Below are positions 24,980-36,600 of a DNA stretch of 64,000 nt, piece by piece. A model generated the notes under the pieces. That model was given only the letters and a program-made list of their open reading frames with translations, was not told the DNA's origin and searched no databases. The number at the start of each line of letters is the position of its first letter. Position 1 is the first letter of the stretch. Made by a program: the position numbers and the translations under genes. The stretch spans positions 40,238,001-40,302,000 of the forward strand of contig OX638152.1 of the NCBI GenBank assembly GCA_951804945.1. The letters run 5' to 3'. Source of the stretch: Podarcis cretensis. Lineage: Eukaryota.

Positions 24980-26274
24980 CTGGTATCATAATAATATTTA
25001 ACATTTTGAGGTCTTATCTGCACAGCACTTTGAAGTGTCAGATCACTTCAAATACATAATCTAGTTGCAATCAGCCCAGAAAGGTCCATCTCCCATATTG
25101 ATGATGGGGAAAAGGAGACACAGAGAGAGTGCCTTGCTTAAGGCCAGCTGGTTGAGTTCATGGTATAGGCAAGATTCAGTCCAGGGATTACTGTACCGTA
25201 TACTCTTAGCCTCTATGCTGTATCAGCTGTCCACACAAGTGTTGTCTTAATCAAGTAGATTCTTGCAATAATCACACACTTCTTTTTCTAAGCCTCTGAT
25301 TAGGCAAGGCGATTCATCTCTCTTCTGGCAAATGCAAAGTAACCCCCCGCCCAGTTCTTATTTCACAGGGAAATAGTATATTTAGGGAGGATGTGCAAAT
25401 GCAAAGTGCAATTAAACATTTTCAAATATGGAGAAACCTCTTCAGCTGGCCTTTCCTTTAAACAATTGACAACACAAACAAGTGGAGTGCTTCATTTACC
25501 AGACGCCAGCTGTCTATTGTGAATGGAATTGATGAGGCTGTGATGGCGCATGGTTGCATTGAAGAAATCTGCAAAGGAGAAGCAGCAGGAGGGAGCTCAT
25601 CCTGCAGGTGTCTCTGTTGGGGGAATCTCTTTCCTCTTGATGTTTTACTGATGTAATGTACAGCTGGTCAAAGAATGCCTTCAGGCTGTTTAAAAGTTCC
25701 TATAGGAAGTAGAATGCCTTGATGAAGTTGGTCCCAAAGTATTGCTAGGGAAAACATCGCTAATTTCATCTTGTACTCCAGCTGATCATTCCAAGCACCA
25801 TATTGTGCATCACTATTTATTTCCCACCCACACCCCTCAAATTATTTGAAGTGTTTCACAGGCCAAAGACACTACAGGGTTTTCCATCTGTAAGCATTCT
25901 GTACTTTTTTGGTGCAAATCAATACTGGAAGCCAAGCAAGAAATAGCTGGGGAAGCTTTTAGATGGACCTCTGCAGGAAGAGAGAATTATTCCGCTAAGA
26001 ACTTTTGTCTCGGTGGAAGACTCTTTGTGATTATTTACACCCTTGTTACATGGCATTACTAATTTTAAAAACATTGGAAAACATTATTTGAGAACCTGAA
26101 AACAATTGAAAGCAAAATGGATCTGTTTGCTGAATACTTGTTCAAGCTGCATTTTTCCTCCACTTAAAAAATTCCTTCACATTTGGATTCTAACCTTCCT
26201 TTGTTGAACTTAAAGTTACACACCAGGATTTGAACCATGCCACTTTATCCTCAGAACAGTCTTGTAAAGTAGGT

Positions 26275-26433
26275 AGGGACATAGGAAGCTCCAGACCATT
26301 GGTCCATCTGTCTACGCTGTCCAGGGTTTCAGGCAGAGGGAATTCCCTGCTGTACCTGAAGATGCTGGCAGCTGAACCTGGGACCTTCTGAATGCAAAAC
26401 AGGAGCTCTACCACTTAGCTACAGCCCTTCCCC
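26275..26433 (-). mobile_element. tRNA-Ala-derived SINE (Squam2-like)
   Basis: Reverse strand GGGGAAGGGCTGTAGCTAAGTGGTAGAGC...AGAAGGTCCCAGGTTCAG (A/B boxes); tail GCTTCCTATGT. Confidence 0.8.
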
Positions 26434-27342
26434 ATATTGCTCCATGGGGACCATCCATAAAGTATGGCATACAACAATGGGTGACAGGGGTAAAAAAGGA
26501 AAAAGAAATGAGGCATTGAGTATTTAGCAAAGCAAAATGTGACAAAGGAGAGAGGTATAAAAAGAGGAGGTTAAAATCAAAAGTGTGACATACATTTTGG
26601 ATTGTGTCATAGCAACTTGCCACTATTTCATTTCACATGGCAATCTTAAGGAATCGAGTCTTTTAAAGAATCCTCTTTAGATGGCTCTGACATTCATATC
26701 TGAAAAGATACGTTTATATTCCTGACTTCTAACACCCATGTTTTATTTTATTTTTTGCTCAGTAAAGGAAAACTTTTGTTAGAGCACAGACTGTAGAAGA
26801 AACATGAAAGCTTCAAAAGTTATAAGTAACTGAGAGAACAGACATTTTCCAGCAACTTCAGCTAGAACTGTCACAAGTGTTTCAAGTTTAAAAGTAAGAA
26901 TTAATAAGAGTACATGCTTTCCCAAGTACTGTCTCTCTCCCAGGTGGTATCCTTTCTCTTTCACTAACACCCAACACACGGCAGGATACATATTTTTCCT
27001 ATTTCTAATACTTTTTCCATTTCCATTTCCTTGTTTCTGAAAGGCCATTTGAAAGAAAATGTTCTGGGTAGATGGGGGAAGCTGAAAAGAGAGTGTAACA
27101 TTCTGGGGATGTTTAGAAGCAGAAGTAAAACCTATTATGTTCTGGGGGAATATGGAAAAGGCAGAAATGCAAATCTGTCCCCATTTTCAGCTAGAGCTCT
27201 CCAAAGCCCTGAGGCAGGAAAACTTTTAAGAATAACTTGCTGGAGCCAACTCCTGTTTAGCAAAGCTCTTAAGCAGACGGTTAACTTCATCAGTGTCAAC
27301 TGTTATGCTTAGGCAGCTATCCTGAGTGATCTTACTAGGACA

Positions 27343-27486
27343 CAGTGCTATTTTTCTAGAAAAAGAGGTGCCGGAACTCACCATGAAAAACCTTCCTCAT
27401 TCTCATAGAATGGCCATGGTGACCACCTGAGAGGTGCCGGAACTGATTTCCAGCGGGTTTCGGCTGGGAAAAAAAAAAAAGCCCTG
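27343..27486. mobile_element. hAT MITE, 144 bp
   Basis: CAGTGCTATTTTT...AAAAAAGCCCTG; perfect 8-bp TSD CTAGGACA; internal direct repeat GAGGTGCCGGAACT. Confidence 0.9.
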
Positions 27487-27648
27487 CTAGGACATGAGCT
27501 TGGGGTAACACCTCTCTCCACTGCTTTCTTTCTCCCCAAAAGGTTTAGTTTCTCCCTTGTTCTTTTTAGCCGCTCTTCCACTTTAAGCACATATACACAA
27601 AAGACAGAAACGCTGTCTTCAATGCAGCTGGATCAGATGTTTAAATAT

Positions 27649-28295
27649 TGTTACATGCCACCCCAATCTCCACAAGTGGTGATTCTTTCAGAGGTTCCAG
27701 GCAGGGTTCCCCAGGGTCGTGTTTCCATTGGGAAGGTCAAGGAACAAGGAGGCTAATGTCTTTAAGAAATATGGTTTATTGCACACATATTTATATCTGG
27801 AGGGGGCTTCAATGGAGGGGGTACAGAACATTATACCCCAAGCCTATCTCTCATTGGCCCGCTCATAGCTTCAGCAAGGTTAGGCCCAAAGCAGTGGTCA
27901 GTCATGGCTCCTGACTTAGTGCAGCCTCCTCCAGCCAGTGCTAAGATGGTTCTGGCCTGCCCAGCAGTTCAGAGGTCTGCACTTTGTTCTCCTTCTTTCC
28001 CCCCAGCACACCTCTCTTCCAAAACCCCAAGCTTCCTCTCCATCACTGTGGCAACCCCTGTTTTGCACAGGCCCGAGAACTTTATTGGATGTGTAAATGC
28101 CTGGCCATTTTTTCATAATGGCTTGTGTTCAACCAGCCTATCCAGGCTGGTTTGCAGAAGCCAGCCCAAGGATTCATTGTCTGGCACAGATCTGTAGGAT
28201 GCATTTTCCTCTCCTCTCCTAAATATTAGCTAAATTCTAACATCCACTAATTTATTGGGTTGGGGTTGGGGATCTCCCTCAACAAACTTATAACA
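27649..28295 (-). mobile_element. Solo LTR, 647 bp
   Basis: TGTTA...TAACA ends with perfect 4-bp TSD ATAT; AATAAA on the minus strand (TTTATT at about 27776) and CCAAT boxes. Confidence 0.8.
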
Positions 28296-29334
28296 ATATG
28301 ATTGATGCCTATAAATGAAGAAAATCACATTTTTACTTGTATGTGATTTTTGCATAGCCAGGGAATAAGATGCATTCTATTTGAATCACATTTTTGACAT
28401 CCACTATTTTTAAAAATTGAACTGCACACATTTGGAAACAATGTTTTACACCTAACTTTATATGGAAGTGACTTTTTGATCCTTAACAGGTCCTCCTTAT
28501 TCCATTTCTATGGATACCTGTAGCACGAGCATATCCTTCACCACCTTCCTGCTGTCTTATTTCTGCCCAAAATGTCAAGGCCCTGGAAAAGTCTTGTCAG
28601 TTTCATATCCTACCGCTTTAAAATGGCCTGTAAGAGCGCACCAGCACCAGTGCACTTAGGCTCCTATTGTGCATGCACTTCCCTGGGAATAAGCCCCTTG
28701 AACTCAATGAGTTTCATTTCCAAGAAGATGTGCATAGTAATATTTTATGCCTTTCTGATGAGTGTGCAAGGTTCTTGCTGAGAGCTGTGAAATTAATATG
28801 CTGGTCTGACCTAACAAGGTAATTCTTATGTACTTGCTCTGTGGTTAAACAAAAGTGTGGCTTGAGAAAGAAATCTCTTCTTCATCTTCTTGCTCCCCTT
28901 TTCTTTCAATAGGAGAGTTTCTCCTTTAAAACCCTAAAATACCAGAAGCCTGTTCCAAAGGAACTCAGAGCAGGGCTTTCAGTGTAGTAGCCCCTTTCTG
29001 TAGAAGAGTACCCCCTTTGGGCTAAACCAGGCACTAACTGTTCATAGTTTCTGTAAACAATTGAAGACGTTTCTGTATTGCTAAGCTTTTCCACTTAGGT
29101 GAAAATATCTTGGCCTCATTCTGTATTGTATTGTTGTTTTGCTTTAGTTGTATTGTTTATTTTAAATGGTTTTTATGTAAATTGCTTTGAGACTAGTCTG
29201 GAACTCATTGTAAGTAAGAAGATGGGGAGGCTGAGGACAGAGTATTTTATAGGGGACTGTCCCATTGCCCCCAAATGGAATAATCTCCACTACTTAGTGG
29301 GACTTCAGACTGAAGATGGGATTATCCAAAAGAG

Positions 29335-29445
29335 AAGCCTTTTTAATGTGTAATGTTTCATGGTTTATAAATGTTGGAAGCTGCCCAGAGTGACTGGGGA
29401 AACCCAGTCAGATGGTGATGGTACAAATAATAAGATGATGAGGAT
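29335..29445 (+). mobile_element. L2 LINE 3' tail
   Basis: GGAAGCTGCCCAGAGTGACTGGGGAAACCCAGTCAGATGG...AAATAATAA, homologous to 4285-4440. Confidence 0.75.
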
Positions 29446-29557
29446 GATGTTCATACATGCTAGACCATATGAGAATGAGGATGCCTATTTTCTAGAACAG
29501 AGAAACTCTAAACAACTTTCAACAAAACAGGGATAATAATGAAAGCATCAACATATT

Positions 29558-29741
29558 CAGAGGTGGAGCTAGGTTCTCCAGCACCTGGAGCAGTGCATAT
29601 GCTGTGCACCCAGGGGCGAGGTGAGCTGCCCATGGGGGCACCACAGAGAGCATCCCAGGGGGGCACTGTGGCAATGTCACCCCCCTCAGGGATGACACCC
29701 ACGACAGACCGCACCACCCACACCCCCTTCCTCCTCCAGTG
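29558..29741. mobile_element. hAT MITE, same family as 24693-24979 in opposite orientation
   Basis: TSD AACATATT/ATCATATT; shares TGTCACCCCCTCAGGGATGA and CAGnGGnGGAGCTAG with the reverse complement of 24693-24979. Confidence 0.75.
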
Positions 29742-31055
29742 ATCATATTCATCTTCAGTGATGTACTTTATGTTTTACCTCCAGCAAGCGTAGTTGTGAT
29801 GGTTGTTTTTCAAAAACCATATCCCTTTATTGGAAAAAGAACAGCACCTGCCATATTCATAGATTTATGCTGTTTTAAAACATTAAGAATGAGAGCACAC
29901 ACCTGGTCTCTTGTGAATAAGATCTACTGCTCACATTTCACTCCCTCTGTTTTTACCCAACTCAGTATTTTATCTCCTCAAATGCAGATTATGTGCGGCG
30001 GGGGGATGTTTATTAGGAAAACTTTCCATATCGCTGGTGGGTGGTATCCAAACTAGGTCACTTGTCCATGTACAATGATTTTATGTGACCTATGGCTTCC
30101 TTTGTGCTGCTTTTAAAAGGTCACCTAATGATGACTCATATTCTTTCAGGCATGAAACTGTAGCAGAAAATGAGTGGGAGGGCTGATCATTCCATTTGCT
30201 ATGTGTGAAATCACATGTAAGAAAAAGGAAGGGAGGAGGAGAAAGGGACCAATAATTTAAATCAACTCTAAATTATCACTGTGTAGCTAACAATATTGCC
30301 AGCTGCCCACCTGGCCTTTGTAGTTGTGCCTTTAGCAGCCATTTGATATACAGGGATTGGCAGCTGAAACTTTTTATGGTACATGAAGTGCCGATGATCA
30401 AGGCTCAGGTTTTTTTAAAAAATATATTTTTATGAAAAGATTTTCTTGAGTGACAGTAGAACATACAGAATCTCTGTTTTCAAGTCAAAGAATCATTCAA
30501 ACAAGTCAGTCATATTCAGAGTAAGACATTACTCTTATAGGCAATATGGGGTTGAGGGAAAAGAGAAGTGGGAAGAGAGAGAAGAGCAAAAGGGGAGACA
30601 GTAAAGTTTCATTCTTTTACATCGCATATGAGCAAAGTTTCTTGTCAGCATCACGTAAGCAGGCATTTTATTTTTGCTGGTGCTACGAGATACCATAGGG
30701 CCCAGAGTGTGGTAGGTTGAGGTGTTTTGTTTATGTATGGGTGGGTGGGGGTCTTGCTGGGTCAAGTTGACCTCTCTCTCTATGCCACTTTCTCCAGTTT
30801 ATAAACATGCCCATAAGCCCAAAAAGGTTGGTAACCCCTGTGCTCAATTTTTGTTATTTTTAAATGGGTCAAGGAAATCACCAAATGTACCAATTTTCAC
30901 TCCCTTGGTCACAAACCTGACATATTCAGCAAAATTCTGACTTGTTTTGATGGGTTGCTTAGTTTGATTGACTTAGTTACAATTGTAAAAGTTCCTAAAA
31001 TATTGGTAAAGGAACTCAAGAGTGGTTTGTGAGAGCCATGTGGTATGTCCTGGAG

Positions 31056-31548
31056 CAGGGGTCTGCAACCTTTAAGACAAAAAGAGCCACTTGGACCCGT
31101 TTCCGAAGAAAAAAAACTGGGAGCCGCAAAACTCGTCATTATAAAAATAACTTTTTTGTCACTTTTTATTATTTCTTTCTTTGACCCCTCAGAATTACTC
31201 CTCCTCATAGAAATAAACGTTAAATTAACAAGTTACCTTTTTGTGTGTGTGTGTGTGTGTTCTTCACTCCCCTTCAAAACAGTGACCAGCGTACATGCCC
31301 CCTATCAATGCAGTGACCAGCGTACATGCTCCTTACAATGTGGCGGGCGGGAAGGTGACGTCGGGACGGTGCGTGACTAACGCACGCACCGCCCCCATGC
31401 GACGTCACAGCCAGTACAGCACCCGCCACAGTGGGGAGTGTCGGGGCGCACAATGCGCCTCCTCCCCTCGTTAGTATCCGCCCCGGAGCCGCGGCTAAGG
31501 TGTAAAAGAGCCACATGCGGCTCCGGAGCCGCGGGTTGCAGACCCCTG
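31056..31548. mobile_element. Young hAT (Charlie-type) non-autonomous transposon, 493 bp
   Basis: Perfect 15-bp TIR CAGGGGTCTGCAACC/GGTTGCAGACCCCTG; perfect 8-bp TSD TCCTGGAG; CpG-rich. Confidence 0.95.
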
Positions 31549-32679
31549 TCCTGGAGCAACCAGCATAGCCTCTTTACACACTGAGCTTCTCAGGTAGCCT
31601 GATTACCTATTTCCTCCCAAGGTAAGGGAAGTGTGCATAGCTAAGCCTAGCAGGACATCTTACTCTATGGTAGTAATCCCTCCATGCATTAACTAAACTT
31701 AAGTATATTGGTTATATGAGGCTGGTTATCCCACAATATCTGAGGGTATACTATCTACTATCTGCCTTGTGGTCCATCATCAGTTCCAACATGTTGATGC
31801 TTAACTCCAGTTCATACTGAACAACTCTCCATCCCCCAGCAGCCAAGTCAGCCACTGATTTAACTAATTGGTTTGCTTGTTGGTAAGCCCAGCAGGAAAG
31901 CCAAAGCCTGACAGAGCTTTATGACTGAATAATCCTTGGCTCCCATAGGGCATGATGGAGGCAGATTGTGAAAGCACAATAGGGAAGTCTTTGCTCCAGC
32001 ATGGTGCACATTGCAAACCATTCCCAAAATAATCAGAAAGCTTGCATCTCCTGGGTTATTACTCTCACACTTACAATCAATACATTCACTTTGAAAAAGT
32101 AGAGACTTCCTGCAGAAAATCTAATTTGATGGCAGAAATAACTGCAGTGTCTGATTATCCAACTTGAAATAATCTATATTTGAAGGACCAGTGATGTTAA
32201 TGTGTATCCACAAAAGCTAATTAGGCACAGGACTTTTCTGTATGATCAATCAAAGCATGCCCCATCCCAGCCACACAAATCCCCTTTTTTGGTGAAGTGT
32301 AATATTCCATCTACATTGCATACATGAGAAGGACGCAGCCTTGCTGCAAGTGATAGCTTTGTTGCTGTTTGTCTTCTCTGATCCAGGGGAGCAATTTAGG
32401 GAGTGCAGGGAAAACAGAACCACCCCACCCCCATGTTTTAGGGTTTCATACAATACTTCCTCAAGACCTTCCTTATGCTTACTTGTTCTATACACTACCT
32501 GTCCTGACTATATAGTGGAAGGAGAAGGGAGTGAGATCACATGTGCTTGACATCTACACACTTATGATAAGGTCTGAAAGAATTCCAGTGTAGACACACA
32601 GAAGCCTTTCTTCATGCAGCTAGAATCCCTGAAAAAGCAGAGTTGTGGTCCCAGTCACAGTGCCACCCTCCCAGTGCAG

Positions 32680-33260
32680 TGGCTATAGCTAAGGTGAAAT
32701 GAACAAACTCAAGCTGGCAACAATCTGGGCTAAAAATGGCCACAACTTCATTGATTCCAGGGATAGGTGGATTTTGACTTAGGCATTGGTTATATATCTG
32801 ATGTAGCCTCCTGCCAGAGGGCTGAAATTTTTTGACAGGGTTGTTCCAAGGAGTATGGCCTCTGCAAGACACCAAGCTACTGAGGTGGCCATGCTAGGCC
32901 ACTGCTGGAAGCTCTACGGCCCATCTGCTCCACATTTGGCTTCTGGACAGAGACTTCCACCAAGACCCCTATAACAGGGTATCTTGAATACGCTGCTTAT
33001 TCAGATCTGGGTGATGCACCACTTCACCCAAAAGTTTGATGACTAGGATTCCACCCAATACCTTTAGTGCCAAAAGTTGTGATTGGCCCGTTTGAATTCA
33101 GGATTCGGGTGGGCAGTCCTGCCCTGTAGCACAGCTGGTTGGAGAGATTATCAGCAGCCAGGTAAGACTGTGTGGCCCAGCTGCCAGGAACTGTGGCCAA
33201 TCCATGAGGGGCTACAACAGCTGCCCACCCAAGAGAGGGGATAAGTGGCCATTATTGACT
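32680..33260 (-). mobile_element. Older homolog of the 8889-9642 terminal-repeat element
   Basis: Shares, in the same order on the minus strand, GTAGCCCC, ACCTGGCTG, TCCAACCAG, CACAACTTTT, CCAATGCCTAAG and AAGTTGTGGCC...TAGCCCA. Confidence 0.7.
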
Positions 33261-33434
33261 GCATGGAAAGAGCTTCATGTGCACAATACACTTTGGGGCT
33301 CTTTCAGATCTTACCATAAATGAATGAGGGTCAGGCGCATGTCTGATAAGGTCTACAGTGTAAGGACATTATAGGAGATCTGCTAGATCAGCCCAAAGGC
33401 CCAGCAAGTCCAGCATCCTGTTCTTAGAGACCTG

Positions 33435-33685
33435 GTTCTCATGTAATGCTAAGCCAAAACAGGGCTTAGTGTGGTGTGAGAGTGCAAGCTCCTGAAGAAG
33501 AAATCTTGGCCACTCAGCTCCTCCTACAGCCCTGCTGCTCTTCTGCTGCTGTGAGCTAAGCCATGACTTGGCTTAGCTTGTCACCTGAACCTGGGCTCAT
33601 GGTTTGTCTCGCTTCAGACAAAACACAAGCTATAACCAAGCAGTAACTCTGGGAGAGGCAAATCACAAATCTGGGTTCAGATACC
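33435..33685. mobile_element. Possible palindromic MITE remnant (Harbinger-like)
   Basis: Several short inverted repeats: GCTAAGCC...GGCTTAG twice, CTGAACCTGG...CTGGGTTCAG. Confidence 0.35.
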
Positions 33686-36600
33686 CCAAGAGAATGCAGA
33701 CCTTATCCATTCTTGTTGTAAGCATAGGGTCACATTGGAAGCTGCGCTAAATGCATAGATAGCAGCTATCGCAGGCTGAACAAAGTGTGTGTGTAATTTA
33801 CATACAAACTGTAATATGCAAGGAGTTCACAGCCATGATTCCAATAAAAAAAACCTTGCAATTAGCCTTAATAACTCTTCATCCTATGGGAGCCAATACG
33901 AGCCCTCCCACCCCGTAAAGCCAATTGCAATTTGTGGGGAGGTTATTTTCTTTAGCTTCCCAGTAGGGGAGAGGGGGAGTAACCCGCCCTTCCTAAGCAA
34001 TGCAGTCCTGATGAAAATCATCGCCCTACACCTACAATTAAACTATTAAGTCAGCTTTGTTTCAGGCTTTGTATCTAATCTGTGCTGCTTTCTATTCAGC
34101 CTCCTTTGTCAATAGGTTAACACAGTACACTTGATCAAGAGGCTGTTGAGTGCACTTATTCTCCATCAAAACCAATGGGTTAGAAGAGCTTAACAGTGCA
34201 TTTATGTCATCCTACATAACTGTCTTTGTGTGGTATGCATCTTGTTACAGCACAATGATCTGGGCTGGAAAAAGGTACTATGAAAGATTCTATAAGCACT
34301 GGGAAGGAAAAAGACTCTAGTGTGCTCCTTTGCATTGTACTTCCTAAATTCTTGATGCTTTAAGCTAGATAATAGCATATGAGTAATTATGTTAGGAATA
34401 ACGATGCTGCCAGGCACATGGATAATTTAGTAGATGGCAGAAGAATAAATGCTTGATCTCTCTTCGTAGTTGAAATCCTTTCGAAATATTATTTGAAGAG
34501 TTATCTTTGGAGAGCAGCCTATGACTTTATTCTGTTTTATTTATAATACGGTAGTTATGTGTTTCTTATTGCCATGGTATGTAACTGCCATGAACAAATT
34601 ATTAACTGTTGCTTTTCCAGCATCATCAGTGGCGGTCCTTTCCGTAGACCAAAATGGAGCAATCATGATTGCAAACTCATTGCCCAGTTATGACACACAA
34701 GAAATACGGTAATCAGGCAGTTAGGGATATGTATAACTGGACTTCTTATTTTCTGTTTTTGTTCCAACAAGGGTTGTTTTTAATGTTAGGCCATACTTGG
34801 ATGGTTTTAATTTTGTGGATCTAGTTCACAAGTTCTATGATTCCAGTTACAATATGCAGGTGATATAAGGATACTCGAAAACTTCCTAATATTTGACAAA
34901 TTTTATAACTTCACCCATCATCCCTGACCATCAGCCATAACAATTGGGTGTGATGGAAGTTGGGAGTCTAACAGCTTCTGTAGGACCACAGGTTGAAGAT
35001 CCTAATCTATTAGATAGACAAGGGGAGAAGCATACATTTAAATTCTAGCTTGGTCTTCGATGACTTGCACAGTCACTATTGGACTATGGAGTCACTACTG
35101 GACTTTAGAGTCACCATTTCTTACTCTCAATTTCTGCCTGTAAAATTAAGGCATTGGGTTTTACCTACACAAGACTGATTTGATGGTGAGGTAGCCAGAA
35201 CTTTTATAGTCATATATGATTATATGTCCCACTGATTTCAATAGCATTCATTTCATTTACAGTGCAGTCATATACATGTCTACAATGAGTTCATGGAACT
35301 TACTTCCAGGTGTGTGCATAGAACCACAGTCTTAGAATTGTACTCAAACATCCTGATGCTAGCTATGTTTGCTTGCAGGTAAACTCCACTGGGTTCATTG
35401 GGCCTTTCTTTGAATGCATAGGGTCAAGCTTCAGTTTTACAAAGAGCTTTGTAAAAGATCAAGAATAGTAAATCCTTTACACTGGCCAGTTGGCCAGAAT
35501 TCCTAAGATATGAAAGCAAGTGCCACCATCTTTTGTGAATGCCTTGAGCTTTGATATGAATTAATCTAATTAATCTTTCTAAAAATATTCACAAGCTATG
35601 TTTTTATTTTGAAAGGGAAAGAAGATAAATAACCTTGATATTGGAGGGAATCTTTCAAAGAGGGAACCATTTCAAAAATAGCACGACTGACTAGGAGGCA
35701 GAACTATAAGCAAGTTTAGGCTCTGAGGTATCAAAGTGACTTCTTTAAATACCTATCTAGAGAAAGGAGAGAGAGTTTAATTTTGTTGATAAAATTAGAT
35801 CAATTAATCAGCCAGACCTAGCAAAGGAAAAGCAGCTGTTATGACAAGAAACCTATATGTATTAGCAAGAGTGTTGTCCTTACATTTTTGTGAGAAATGA
35901 ACGGTAAGCTAAGAGGAAAATATTTTAAACCTCATTGTGGGACTTTGGTGGGCAACTGAAATGTGTGTCATCTATCATTATTAAGATGAAACTATTAACC
36001 TACTGACAGCTTAATAACCATTTTTATGTTATAATAACACAGGGCTCCATCGAGACCAGAGTTCCACAATTCTGGAGGCAGTGTCCATCATTTGTTGAGG
36101 AAATTGAACCTTTGTGTTGAACAAAATAGCTACAAAACCAAACATCCCAAGCCACTCGCATTAGGCCTACTATATTAGGTCCTGGCTTAGCTTTCTTGCA
36201 AGTGAGCCAATTTAGTGCGCTCTGCTCTGCTCTGCTCTTGGGACCACACATTACTTGCACAGAAGTACTGAGCGGAAAATAGGATTGATGAATCACACAT
36301 TCAAAAAACCTAAGTATTTCTGCAGTGTATGGGAGTTCAAAGGGTTGGTTTTCTTTTAAAATCAGCAACATGTATTATGGTGGCAGAGGAATTGCCCAGT
36401 GATATCTAGGAGCCAGAATAGCTGATCCAGAAACATATTAGAGAATAACTGCTAGTGAGTACCATACTATGCATTATGCAGAATGAGGGTTTGGCTGAGT
36501 TAGTAGGCAGCTTAGGGCTATACTGGACTACAACTGCAATGATGTAATTCTTTTTAGTGCTCTCCTACATTTAGAGGGTGGAGGTGGAGGAGGAATGGTC

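Noticed and set aside
26370-26433. tRNA-Ala genes here and near 12270 and 48270
   Set aside because: Degenerate heads continue into a shared SINE body; no intact cloverleaf or Pol III terminator
32788-32850. Hammerhead-like string CTGATGT-AGCCTC...GAGGGCT-GAAA
   Set aside because: The invariant A9 is T, stems I and III pair poorly, it is antisense to the element, and it is absent from the better-preserved copy
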